From the NCBI GenBank assembly GCA_024137785.1, contig JAHRHZ010000022.1, forward strand, positions 31,518,024-31,582,023: 64,000 nt of DNA, written 5' to 3'. The position numbers and the translations under genes were made by a program. This stretch comes from Ginglymostoma cirratum (lineage: Eukaryota). The first letter of the stretch is position 1, and each line of letters starts with the position of its first letter. Positions 50,176-62,077 of the stretch are shown here, one piece after another. Below the pieces are notes generated by a model. That model was not told where the DNA came from. It saw nothing but the letters and a program-made list of their open reading frames with translations, and ran no database searches.

Positions 50176-51639
50176 ATCCTTTAACACACTAATTATACTT
50201 TTCTCCCTCTCTCTGCACGAATAGAGTCTGAGTTATGTAACAGCAGTAAAATGAGAAGTTGGTAACATGCAGAATAGGAATCCAAGTTAGTAAGTGAAAT
50301 GTATGATGTAAACGCAAATATTTTCTTAGCTTCCCTTTATGTATAATGATTTATTTAAAAATGCTTCTAAATGTGGCCACCAACTGTTACTTTAACAGTC
50401 TTTTGTTCAATTAATGGTATAAAATTTTCTAAAGAATGAATTAGTCCTTGAATTGTTGTTATTTTGAAATAATGTTACGATTAAGAAGGTGGTTATATTT
50501 CATTTTGTCAACATTAAAGCATATTTGGACCGAAAATTTCGAAGATCAAAATCTGAAGTTTAATTCATAATGACCTATGCATTGAGAGATAGTTTGGATT
50601 GCCAGGTTTCCAATGCCATGTTTTTCCATAAGATTACCACAAACCCTGCTTTGTACCCTTCCAATTTGCACACGCCCATCAGACATTAAGAGTATACCAA
50701 CGCAAACACTACGTCACAAAAATAACACAACAAAAACCAAACCAGAATAAGAAAAGCAAAGCTAGTGATCTCAGTACGTGGGACCACGCCACTCAAGAAA
50801 ACGAAGATCGATGTCTCTTAAGCTGCAAATTTTGCTCATCGGTGAAGTAATTACTGACAAGCAGGAACAATTCAGATAACCATAACAAATCCAAATAATC
50901 TCATATTTGTCTTTTCTGATTTTCTATGCACTTTCGGTGAATTCAATTAGTTCCATTTTTACTTAATTTAATGAGTTATACTGCTTTCCACAAAGCTAAA
51001 ATAAAATTTTCCTAAAATATACAAGAATCAACAGGTCCTATAGAGTTTACCTGTTGATGTTAAAAATCAGAGACACAACCACATTTATGGAGGATAGGAA
51101 ATAATAAAAAGTGAAGACTATCTAAATGCCTTGAGATGTTTACCTCAAAACAAATTAAACACACGTGAAAAGCATCCTTAATTTCATGGATTGTGCTTAC
51201 TTTAAAAATATTTCTCAGTTAAATAAGTTCATATTTTGCAATCTTGTACAGTAGGGAGTTTAATAACCAACATATCCAGAACAAGACAAAAGTAAGCAGT
51301 TAATCTCTTCTTTATCTGTTATGATTACAACATTGACTCTATTAAAGTGTTGTCCACCACAGTACAGGAGAAGTTTGCGGGGATAAGATATGAGCCAGTT
51401 TCCTCATTTTAGAGAATGGAGATATGAAAGAAAAGTACCCTGTCACCCTTGTGAACAGACAAATCAGAGATGGTGATATAAAGCTACACAAAGAATCAGC
51501 AAAAATACCGTGATAAGACTACAAAATTCAGCTCTGTATCTCTGCAGACACCAGAAAGGCAAAAAACATCAAAAATATCAGGGTTTCTGCTTCTGTTGTA
51601 TCCTGTGTGGTACACCACGCTCAGAAGAAGAGCCGTGTC

Positions 51640-53760
51640 ACTAATGTGCTGGACGCATGAATAATGGGCAGACAGTGACATGATTCAGTGTCCAACATTG
51701 CTTTGGTGTCAGACTTGGCAGATCCTGTATAAACATTCCTGCTTGAAATGCATTCAGCTGTAGAAAAGTACCACTGTCCCACTGACTCAAGTTAAAGGTA
51801 GCAAGATGGGATTTGCAGGTGAGACATTTATGATTAGTTTTTGCTGATGCAGTTACTAGGAATTCTGCAAGCTGTACCATTGTCAAAACTCTCGCACATT
51901 ATCAGTGTCGAAAGGAAATGGTGCAGAAATTTTGTAACGAGTTGAGTTTATTTTGATGCCTTTTGAGAAGAGAGTTTGATCTGATTTTTGGGGCCTCTAA
52001 TCACAATCCTTCTTAGAGTGCAATAGAGAAGAGAAGAGGCAGAGAAGAGAGGCTGTAAGCAGAGGAAGGAGGAGATTGAGGATGATGAGCAAGAAGGGAG
52101 AAGGATGAAGAAGGGATTACATTTCTCGAAATGGGCTGCTGATAAGCAACATATTAGACTCCTGCTCCTTTAAAACCATCCCGTCATCAACATTGCTCTT
52201 TTCTCCCCCCATTATTCTAAACTATAGACACTGACCATCATAATATAGTGTTTAGCAAAATTCTTAAATAAAAAATGCTGTAAGAAAGTAAGAAAAACAA
52301 CTTAAACAAACTATACTTCCAATAATACATGAAAATCTCAACTATTCACTTTTATGCATTCCTCTGGTGTATGTCAAACAAGTGCCTTTGTCCTATTCTC
52401 CCTATGCAGTGCCTTCTCAGTGTATTCAGCATGGCTGATGAAATGATGCTCATTTCACTGGGACAGAGTGTAGATGGCCTGAACAGGACAACTTTAAGTA
52501 ACTCTGTGGCCTTGGGACCTTGCCTTAGACCGCAATATCTCAGCATGGGGATCAAAAGTTTTGGCCTGATGGCTGAGAGGCAAAATTGAGAGCGTAACCA
52601 GAATGGTGGTCGTGGGAGCATGAATGTTGACATCCTGAGAGAGAGTGATAGGTTTGTTCTCCATGATATCACGACTGTTCAGTGATCCTTAAAATGTGTT
52701 GTATGACACATTGCTGTGACAGACTGCATGCCCCTTGGAGGATTAGCATCTACAGCCATGATGGCATTGTTGGATCCTGCATGGAACTCAGGACTACAGT
52801 TTGAGCTTCTGCCACAACACTGAAGCATTGAATGGTTTGTGACTGTGCTGTAATAAAGACTGGACAAATGGCCACAACAAGTATTGTCATGGCATTGACC
52901 CTCATTTCTACACTGGAAAGAATAAGTTTCAAGCTCTGCAGAAATCCCTGTGTCAGGTTGGAGCCACCTCCTTCGTGCTCCTTGACTGTGGCAACATGTC
53001 AAATGGCAGGCCTGGCAATGTTTCAAGCATTTTCCTGTCCATGCCCATCCATGTTTTCTTGTATATTCCCTCATTGTAGCCCACCTTTGAATTTGCAGCA
53101 GAACCTGTATGCTATGTCACCCTTTTGTCTGGCTGCAGCTCATTCGTGCATAGGGCCTCACAATGTAATACTGGCCCTTAATCCTTACTACTCTCTGCAA
53201 GTATCAAACCTGGCGACTGCAAATGTCAGATCCAATGACTTTGCTTCTTCATTCACATCTGCCATTCATCTCACCCTTGGAGGTGAGGCTGCAATGGCTG
53301 CGCAGGCAGAAGAATCTTGGGTTTCTGAAAACAGGAATGCAGAAAGGGAGGAATGGGGTCAGGGAAGGGAGTATTGAGTTGTCGTTCAAAGATAAATGAT
53401 AACACACTCTTCGATGTTTTCTGGAGATGGAATTCAATGCATTGCACCGTATCCTCAGAGCTGGACTCCCAAGAATTGACCTTGTTGGCTGTTCCTTTTG
53501 GAAGATGTTTCTTCAGGACATCCTGTAGAGCCATTATGTCTCCCGTACTGTGGGTTTATATTGCTAAGATACCTAGCAGCCAATCTGAGGACTTGGTTTC
53601 CCCCTTGCTCACTGGCTTGTTTCCCAACTTGCAGTGTCTTTCCCTCGATACAAACGCTTTGTGACAAGTTCCAGCAGTTATAGCATTTTTGCACATCCCC
53701 AAAGGGGCAGGTTGCCTCTGTAGCTAGCTTATATCATGTTAGCCGCACATACCTCTGGCC
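51640..53760. mobile_element. Heavily decayed Harbinger-like element (transposase side +, Myb side -)
   Basis: Minus frame ANKVNSWESSSEDTVQCIEF resembles the Myb/SANT helix-3 region; acceptor TTCCTGTTTTCAG; acidic GAG/GAA-rich tail at 52025-52115 like the HARBI1 C-terminus. Confidence 0.4.
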
Positions 53761-53919
53761 CTGCCACTGAGCATTCTGCTAGTCAATAGTATATTTCATG
53801 CTGTAAATATATTGATGAGTGGCGTAAGAAGTTTGCATGCTGTCTGTCTCAACTCGAGCAAGTGTGGAGTAATTGTACATCATGATCTATGCACGAAAAA
53901 AGGCTGAATCATATCTTTA

Positions 53920-54260
53920 GCCCACAGAACCTTGACATTCATAATACATGCCAAAGCACTTTGCAGCAAACTATTTTTGAAGCGTTACCAATGTTATTAT
54001 CTCACTAAATATTTTGCATGCAAGTTCCCACCAATAACAAATTTACAATTAACCTGTTTTGGTGAAGTGTTGCAGGATGTTCCAAGAACTCCCTTCTTTT
54101 TATCAAATGATGTCGTCAGATTTTTTACCTCCACATAAACAGTCAGATGGGTCACCTCAGGCAATGCAACACCTTAGCCCTAGTGCAGAATCCAGGGGTC
54201 TTGGGCCACAGTGCCTCTGGATTAGGAATTCAAATCTCACCTGTTTCAGAAGTGTGTAAT
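53920..54260 (-). mobile_element. Old Deu-domain SINE
   Basis: CCAAAGCACTTTGCAGC..TTTTTGAAG, GCAAGTTCCCAC, AGAACTCCCTTCTTTTT..AAATGATGTCGTCAGATTTTTTACCTCCAC (Deu core, reverse complement). Confidence 0.55.
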
Positions 54261-55238
54261 AACATCTTTGAACAGTTTGGTTTCGAAAATATCTAGAATC
54301 CAGCTGATGCTGAGGTAAGGGGTTGAATTTCCCCATTCCCTTGAGGCAGATTAAAAGGTGGGACTGGGAATCGAGTTGAAAATTTGGATGTTGTTCGATC
54401 AGTTGTCCCACTTTGATGTCACTGCTCGGATCTTTCAGATATTTCCAGCTCCTGGACTCTGGCAGGTAACTGGACACCACCTCTCAATGATGTGCCAAGA
54501 GGCCATCCATGTTATCTCTCGATTACACAACAATATGGACCCACTGCGACTTGACGGCCTTGATCAGCTGAGTTCACCAGACATCTTGTAGCAGCCCACC
54601 AACACCGCCACCCCCACCCTACTTTGGTGTCCGGTCAGTTGTAACCATAATAATATTATTTTTAGATTTATTGAGTGGTATCTCCATTTTGAAGTGCGCA
54701 GCTCACATTCTCCCACGTTGTGTTGGCAAGTCCAACCTTTGCTGGTGTGACTCCTAGCCAGACATTGCTATGGGCCCTCACACTGGTTTCCCTGTTCCAT
54801 TTGGGCGCCATCATTAATTTGACCCTTGTGGAAAAAATTACAATTGATGGTCCACCACCCCAATCTGGGATCCAGAATTTTGGCCAATATCAGGACGATG
54901 AGCCGTCCTTGACATCTCAGGCCAATGACAATAAGGTATAGATATACCACTGATCTAGTGTACATTGGAACCTGTTAATGAAACTACCCAATGTTAATTT
55001 CTGTATGAAACAATGAATTTGAGAATAAGATGGCTTTGATAAAGGTCGGCTAATCCATGATATTTTTACAATAAGAAGGAAATTGAAATTCTAATCCATT
55101 GTATATAACATCGAGACAGCAAATTCAAAGCACCATTATTTTAAACTTCAAACATTATTTTAAATTTTAAACATTGACAGTAGGAGAGGGTTGCTAAAAC
55201 AATCAGTAGACTAATTTGGGTTGTTTGCAAGGAAGTCC

Positions 55239-55460
55239 TTCTCACAAAGTGAGATAGTAAGAACTGCTGATGCTGGAGTCAGAGATAACGGAGTGTGGAG
55301 CTGGAGGAACACAGCAGAAATTTATAAAGAAGGGTCCCAAACTGAAACGTCTGCTTTCCTGCTCCTCTGATGCTGCCTGGCCTGCTGTGTTCCTCCAGCT
55401 CCACACTCTGTTATCTCTGACTCCAGCATCAGCAGTCCTTACTATCTCACTTTGTGAGAA
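55239..55460. mobile_element. Hairpin Penelope-like terminal element (F1) with inverted flanking sequence
   Basis: About 78-bp near-perfect arms TTCTCACAAAGTGAGATAGTAAGAACTGCTGATGCTGGAGTCAGAGATAAC.. / ..GTTATCTCTGACTCCAGCATCAGCAGTCCTTACTATCTCACTTTGTGAGAA; internal AGAAGGGTCCCAAACTGAAACGTC. Confidence 0.9.
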
Positions 55461-55779
55461 ACACTTGTGCACTGTGTTCCACAAAGTGATATGTTTTGTG
55501 GTTTTTGATATGTTAGTCTGCATTACATGTACTGGAGAGTCCAATTATTGTTGAGCCAGATGTCTTGAAATTTATTAGCAACACTATTTACATGACAAAA
55601 ATCATCCAGACTTGAATACACAGTCTGGGTTCAACACGTACTGATATTGCTGTACATGATATACACATAGCTAACGAACTGAAGACATCGTACTGACCTC
55701 ATGGTACAGAGACTGATTGAAAGTGAGGTGGGTACCTTTGTGCTGAAATCTCGCATCTCATGGAACTGACTTCAAGGTA

Positions 55780-56076
55780 CAGGCCTGTTGAATCTGGGAT
55801 TTATGCTGTAATACACCACAAAGAACAAAGAATGAATCTCCAGAGAGCATAGTTTTGCAAAAGCTCTGAAGGATGTCAAGGAGCAACATGATATTGTGAT
55901 AGAGTTGTAGGTTCACTCTGGGAAAATAAGTCAAATAAATAGCCTTCTTCATCTTTATGTCACTTTTGGTATTGAAAGTGTTTAAAAATCAGTGACTATT
56001 GTCATAATTTTGTGGGAGACATTCATCTTTATTTACAATCGCTTATTAGATAAGTCATTACAGTCAAAGTACTTCA
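55780..56076 (+). repeat. Direct repeat copy 1 (~300 bp)
   Basis: CAGGCCTGTTGAATCTGGGATTTATGCTG..CAGTCAAAGTACTTCA, near-identical to 56911-57200. Confidence 0.95.
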
Positions 56077-56910
56077 TTGTATCTGAAGTAGAGATGCTCT
56101 GAGAGATGTGAAAATGTTCTATGAACTCAAGCCTTTTATATTTATAGTCAATAGTAGAAACGTGATAGACACCATATTACAGAGTCTAACACTGCCACTG
56201 ATGCAGAGTTGTGAAATAATGACCCCTTGCCCTTCAATAACTGATGCACTGTATCCTGGGAATTATAGCATTAATATAGTGATATTGCCTCTGTTAGATG
56301 GAAAAGCAGATTAAGCGGATGGTTATGTAATTGAATGTTGTCACTAGCAGGCAGTAGCAGGTCCTCTATTCACAAACCTAACTACATGGTTCATTAAATA
56401 AATGAACTATATAAAACATTGTTCAAGATTGCATTCTTGTAAAATAACCTTTGTTTTCTCCAGCGCTTTGTTGAAGAACAGCTGTCAGTGTAAGATATCA
56501 TGAAATATACTGAAGTTTTACTGTTTCTCTTTTCCAATGACCTGTGCATGTTGCTGTGATTTTTTTTCAGTTATGATAGAAAATCCTTTTGGCATAATTC
56601 TACACTACTGAAAGAAAACTAAGGGCTGAATCTTATGTTTTTTTTTGGCTGAGTTTGAGTTCTGTTGAGTTTGGAGTGTTATTTGCTTGCGGTCTAGTGA
56701 GTTATCTCAATTTGTCTTACCAAGCTTGCCTCATTAATTGCCTACTCTGTCCCTATGGTTTCTCTGTCTGATTTCTGCTGCATTTTATCGCATACTCTTC
56801 GCAATGCAACTCATCACTCAGCGGATATTCGTCCAAATACGCCATCCCTTGTGCCCGTGGCAAATTTGAAAGGCCACTGTGTATCCAGGTAAGTGTTGGC
56901 AGTCTGGTGT

Positions 56911-57200
56911 CAGGCCTGTTGAATCTGGGATTTATGCTGTAATACACCACAAAGAACAAAGAATGAATCTCCAGGAAGCATAGTGTTGCAAAAGTTCTGA
57001 AGGATGTCAAGGAGCAACATGACGTTGTGATAGAGTTGTAGGTTCACTCTGGGAAAATAAGTCAAATAAATAGCCTTCTTCATCTTTATGTCACTTTTGG
57101 TATTGAAAGTGTTTAAAAATCAGTGACTGTTTTCAGGGAGATATTCGTCTTTATTTACAATCATTTATTAGGTAGCAGTCATTACAGTCAAAGTACTTCA
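56911..57200 (+). repeat. Direct repeat copy 2 (~290 bp), inside a Harbinger relic
   Basis: Same start and end as copy 1, with scattered substitutions and a short indel near 57130. Confidence 0.95.
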
Positions 57201-57629
57201 CTGGCCACGTCATGGCCTTGTAGCCACAAAGCTACGACAGCCATGGCACATATTCACATGTGAAACCTCATTCACTCACTCTAGCCACTATTGAGCTATC
57301 ACGCCACACACTTTACCTCTCTCTCGCTACCTTCTGTCCAAACTGCCTAAACACCCTCCAAGTCAGTGCTACCCTGTCCCTACTGTAGACCACATCTTAT
57401 CATTGATCAGTATGGGAATATCACATACAGACAAGCAAATACGCACACAAACACAAATGAGATTTTATTTTCAGAATGCAAAGGGGAACAAAAACAAAGC
57501 TAAACATTGCCCTTACAGCGCCATTGAGTTTTAGGAAACATGACCAAAAAAATGGGTCAAGGGTTGCCTTCTGGACCCAGGTCTCTTCCATTCTTCCAGC
57601 TCTCAATCTGTCTGGCTTGTAGTGACCAT

Positions 57630-58015
57630 CACATCTGAACTCTGTCATGGACAGCTTTGGCTTTGTTCACTCCAATGTCTTTGTCATCCTCCATGGAAGA
57701 CTGGTCCTGTTCTCTCAGTTTCTCAGCACATTGCCTCATTGCCTGCTCCATTTGTACAGGGCACAGCATATCAGAATGATGCAGCACACTCTGTCTAGAC
57801 TGTACTGGAGGGACCACTTCAGACCAGTCCAAGCAATAGAACTGCATATTCAGCAGCCCGATTGCTTGCTGTGTCATGGCACTGTTGAAGCATGGGCAGG
57901 ATTATATCTATGTTCTGCATCAGTCAGGGGGTAGTGCGATGGTGTCATGAGCCAAGGTCACAGTAGATAGCCCTTGTCCCATAGTAACTAGAAAGGTACC
58001 TGGACCCTCAAAATA
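57630..58015 (-). pseudogene. HARBI1-like DDE transposase C-terminal remnant
   Basis: Minus strand across frameshifts: LWDKGYLL*PWLMTPSHYPLTDAEHRYNPAHAST / AMTQQAIGLLNMQFYCLDWS / LQYSLDRVCCIILICCALYK. This matches the Harbinger GDKGY..WLMTP..YN.AH..IE..IGLLK.RF.CL..CC.LHN pattern. Confidence 0.85.
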
Positions 58016-58019
58016 CAGA

Positions 58020-58978
58020 TCACCAGAACATTGAGCAATTGAAACTCCTTGTTGGAAATTCTGCTGAAACACCTGACCTGAGGGAACCATCAGCTGTGAC
58101 CCCTACATGTGGAGGCTGTTCAGCAGCTGCTGGTCCTGGGCTTGCTGGTGTACTTATTCCTCTTCGCCTTTGTTGTGCCACGGCCACAGTGAATCCATTG
58201 GACATGATTGCAGCGGAGCGGTCTCCACTCAATATTAGACTAAATAGATCTTAGTTTTTTTTTGTTTATTCATTCATGGGATGAGGGTGTTGCTGACCAG
58301 GCAGCATTTATTGCCCATCCCTAATTGCCCAGAGGGCAGTTCAGAGTCAAACATATTGCTGTGGGTCTGGAGTCACATGTAGGTCAGACCAAGTAAGGCT
58401 AGCAGATTTCCTTCCCTAAAGGACATTAGTGAACCAGATGGTTTTTTCCCTGAGAATCAACAATGGGTTCATGGTCATCAGTAGATTCTTAATTCCAGAT
58501 TTTTTTTATTGAATTCAAATTCCACCGTCTGCTGTGACAGGATTCGAACCCGCGTCCCCAGAACGTTATCTGGGTCTCTGGATTAACAGTCCAGCGATAA
58601 TACCACAAGGCCACTGCTTTCCCTGAGGAGTCAAAGTTATTTTGAGTTAATGTACTGCAGAATCTTAATTTTCTTCAGGCTTAAAGGTTTGTGTGTGTGT
58701 ATATGTATGTATGTTATTTTCAAAAAGGTTAATTAGACATATTGCATGTTTTAAATCATTTGTTTATAATTTGTGCATCTTCGTTTAACTCTTTTTTTTT
58801 CCAATAAAACAACATTTGCTTACTAAAGGAACCTGGCTGATTTGTTTCTAAAAATGTGATCTATAGACTAGATCAGTTGGCAATATCAGCTCCCATTAAA
58901 ATTTAAATTCGATTGTGGCCAGTGGCAAGAGGGATGAAGGAAATAAATCAGTTCACTCACACTAACTCAGTTGTAACA
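58020..58978 (+). mobile_element. Possible LTR fragment interrupted by a SINE
   Basis: Truncates the transposase; AATAAA at ~58803 and ends ..CTCAGTTGTAACA, like an LTR U5 end. Confidence 0.35.
58254..58624 (-). mobile_element. Full-length young tRNA-derived SINE sharing its tail with family B LINE
   Basis: Minus strand: A box TGGCCTTGTGG (58603-58613), perfect B box GGTTCGAATCC (58540-58550), and tail GGGCAATTAGGGATGGGCAATAAATGCTG..CATCCCATGAATGAATAAA plus A-rich end. Confidence 0.92.
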
Positions 58979-59299
58979 AGCGCCAGTCCCTAAACTGGAG
59001 TCCTTGTGTATAAAATTGAGTCACCGTATCTTATCATCTGCACTGCATTTGCTTTCCTCCTCCAGAACAAACAGTTCTCAGGTGCCTGAAATTAAAAAAA
59101 GATGAGGGTTGGTCTTACGAGGAGAGGGAAGAATGTAAGAAGAGTATTGTTACAACGTCTGCAATTTATGAATCATAGGGGGATAAGACATGAGTGAGAA
59201 TTGAGATGAGAGAAGGAGGATTAGGTATACAGAAACCTTTTGTCCTTCTCGTCCCATCAATGACCATGCGTTCAGTTATTCTCTTTCCCAAGATGGTCA

Positions 59300-59900
59300 G
59301 CAAGGGGTTGCGCAATGCAAGTAGACTTGTTCTCCTTCAGTTCTTTCTTGTTACTTGCTGTCATGCATCACCTTCTGCAAAAGAGAGGGAACTTTGTCAG
59401 TAAATGTCGTAAATTATGTTTGGGCGATGTGACTGTGATGGTTGAACAGTTGTAAGTAAGTGTGAGCATGTGTAAAGTTTGCAACAAATGTTAAGAGGGA
59501 GAGGATGAGGTAAAGCATTTGAGTATAAAGGTTAAGTATTGAATGATTATTGTTGGTTGACGGTTACTGGAGGTCAGAGGGGTCTACAGCATAGACAAAG
59601 GCCCTTCAGCCCATTCAAATATGCAGAGGATTGAGTGGTGGATGAGGCTATTGGTAGAATATGGTGTTTCAAGATGATCTCAGTTACTTTAACAATTTTT
59701 GTCAGATCATTAAACCCCTGCCTGCATTGCGTCCATGTTGTTGGAGGAACATTCTTCTTATTGATCTCTACCATTGGTAGGCTTTCCTCTAGCAATTGAA
59801 CATGACAGGGAGGATGAAGAGAGGCCACTCCCATGAAGTATGTTATCAGAAAGGTCGCTCACTTCATTTTTTTTTTTTGCACAATCTGAGTAAACCTGTG
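59300..59900 (-). mobile_element. PIF/Harbinger Myb/SANT-like gene remnant (family of 23660-24060)
   Basis: ORF 59574-59834(-) VEINKKNVPPTTWTQCRQGFNDLTKIVK followed by a GTAACT donor. Confidence 0.6.
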
Positions 59901-60189
59901 AGTCAAAAATCAATATATTTGCCTGAAATGATCATGCAGGTAGCTATTCCATTTAAACTACACATTAGAGTTCCTACTCTACTTTCTTGAGTCTTAGGGT
60001 TCTGGAGCAGTCCTAATTCCCTTTGAGAAGGTGGTGGTAAGCTACATTCTTGAACAACTCTCATTGTGTGGAGTAGATACATCCACGGTGCCACATAGAG
60101 AGACAGGGTGCACACGTGTGCACTTGTGATCATGTTTCTTTAAAGTGGGTGAAATGGAGAACACAGCCTTTTGTAAAATACCTGTTTAT

Positions 60190-60420
60190 TTGGTTAAGAA
60201 TATAATTATAGGAATTCCTCTATTATTTTCACATATTGGTTTGAACTTACTCCCCTTAAGGCATCGACCACACTGTCTGATTGCACTGTTCTGGACACTA
60301 AGAATTATCATGTTGTGGAATATGCTATTTAGTCCCCTTTCAATCCTAAAAGCAGCGATAATATCACCCGTTAATCTTCTCCTTTCCAGTGTGAACAGCC
60401 CCAGACTAATGATGCAGCCA
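60190..60420 (-). mobile_element. CR1 C-terminal fragment
   Basis: LGLFTLERRRLTGDIIAAFRIERG. Confidence 0.75.
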
Positions 60421-61179
60421 AACTGTAACCCAAGAAAGTTTTTCTTCCAATGTGGCAGGTTAAAGCGGTCTGGGAACAAGTAGACAGTTAGACAGGCACA
60501 GTAAAGCTTAATGCTTATAACTAATGAGGTTTATTCACCCCAAAGCTGTTAGGTGCACTGATGAACAAGGCTTTAACAGGAATTATTTTCCAGCGTGCAT
60601 CTCCCAAATCTCAACTCTTTCCTGTCCTCAAACTGAACTATTCCACTTCTTATCTTTCCAGTGTTAAATTTTGGGTGTTTGTGACCACAGTTTTCTAACT
60701 ACAGACAGTTAAACATTTGTAAGGAATTTTCAGATAGCTTATTAAGAAGCAGCAATGTAAATGTGATAAATTAGTTAATTAGACAAAAATGATATGAAAG
60801 TCGGAAGAATTGAGAATGGTTCCCTGATATCAGAGGACAAACAGGCAGTTAGCTCATTTAAATTGTGACATCCTGCTGTCCAGTGAAATAAGAAATTCCT
60901 CTCTGATTCTTCCTTCAATCTTTTCAGGTCCACCTTCTACTTGAAGAAGGCAGCTTCCTGATGAGGGCTGTCTTCTGACACTGAGCACTTGTTAATATGC
61001 TCAATTTCTAGGGGCTGGTAGTTTATGTCATGTCAATCACCCATTTGAATTCTTTCCAGTCAATGGACATGAGATAACTTCTCATGACATCAAGATAAAC
61101 ATTCCTTCATCTGACGGTTATTTTTCATTCTTTTTGGAACAGAACCTTTTTACTTCCCTGAACAGTGCATTACTGACAG

Positions 61180-61370
61180 GGGGCACATGGTACGCGGTTG
61201 GCTGGATGACTGGTTTGTAACATAGCGTGATGTCAACAGCGTGGGTTCACTTTCTTAACCCAAACTTCCTTACCATGAAGCACTGTCCTTTTCAATTTTT
61301 CCCCTCGCCTGAGGAGTGGCCACGCTCAGAATAAGCCACCTCCAGTCAGCTCCTCTGCAACTGTGATGAC
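61180..61370 (+). mobile_element. tRNA-like SINE (further family), degraded
   Basis: GTTGGCTGGATGACTGGTTTG..CAACAGCGTGGGTTCA..CCCCTCGCCTGAGG..TAAGCCACC layout of a shark SINE. Confidence 0.5.
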
Positions 61371-62077
61371 TGTACTTTGCTGTTCCTGCATTTGAACCTT
61401 TTGAGATTCATCTATGAGGACTCCTATTCGCTTAACCTAGCTATACAGGTCTGCATACTTTCCTATCTATCTTCGTGTCATCTGTAAATTGAATATATAT
61501 GCCTTCACTCCTCTAATCAAAATCATTGATGTAAAGTATAAAAGAATTGTGGCCCCAGCACAGACCTGTGCCGGACACTGCTCATCACACCTTGCCATCC
61601 AGGAGAAGTCCCATTTTTGCAAACCGTTTTCTACCAGCCAGCTAATTGTCTTTCCATGCTCTTCACCCTTACACGATGAGCTCCTACTTTGTTCAATGTC
61701 CTTTTTAAGTGACATCTTGTCAAATGCATTTTGCAAATCCAAGTGCAGTGCAGTACAATTACAGATGCCCCTGCTTGTTAGTCTTTATGAGAGTTCCAGT
61801 ACGTTGCTTAAATATGATTCCCCTTCCAAAAAATTGTATTGATTCTTCTTGATTATCTTGCGATTTTCCAAGTGTGCAGCTATAACCTTCTGTATCCTCC
61901 TTAACGATCAATTCCAACAGCTTCCCGATGACAGATGTCAAGCTAACTGGGTTAGAATTTCCTAATTTCTGCCACCCTCTTTTTGAAAGAAGGAGGTTAC
62001 ATTTGCAGCTGAGCTGTTTGATGCAACCTTCCCAGAATCTAGCAAATTTTGGAAAGTTAACGTCAAAGTAGCTACTA

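Larger units (their letters stand above)
56623..58020. mobile_element. PIF/Harbinger relic
   Basis: TAA followed by terminus GGGCTGAATCTT..TTTTTTGGCTGAGT (shared with the 34239 and 47283 ends); carries the transposase remnant below. Confidence 0.75.

Noticed and set aside
51027-51058. 10-bp stem hairpin ATCAACAGGT..ACCTGTTGAT
   Set aside because: Short and isolated, compatible with chance.
52832-53377. Longest ORF in the track (181 aa, +)
   Set aside because: No recognisable domain; lies antisense to a decayed Harbinger-like Myb region, so probably a chance frame.
54650-54990. Possible L1/Tx1 C-terminal remnant (LIVLILAKI..FFHKG) on the minus strand
   Set aside because: Too degraded to assign by eye.
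55780-57200. Direct repeats as paired LTRs of a small LTR/TRIM element
   Set aside because: No TG..CA termini, PBS, polypurine tract or TSD; the second copy lies inside a Harbinger relic.
58530-58620. tRNA gene suggested by A and B boxes
   Set aside because: No cloverleaf or T-run terminator; continues into a SINE body and LINE-derived tail.
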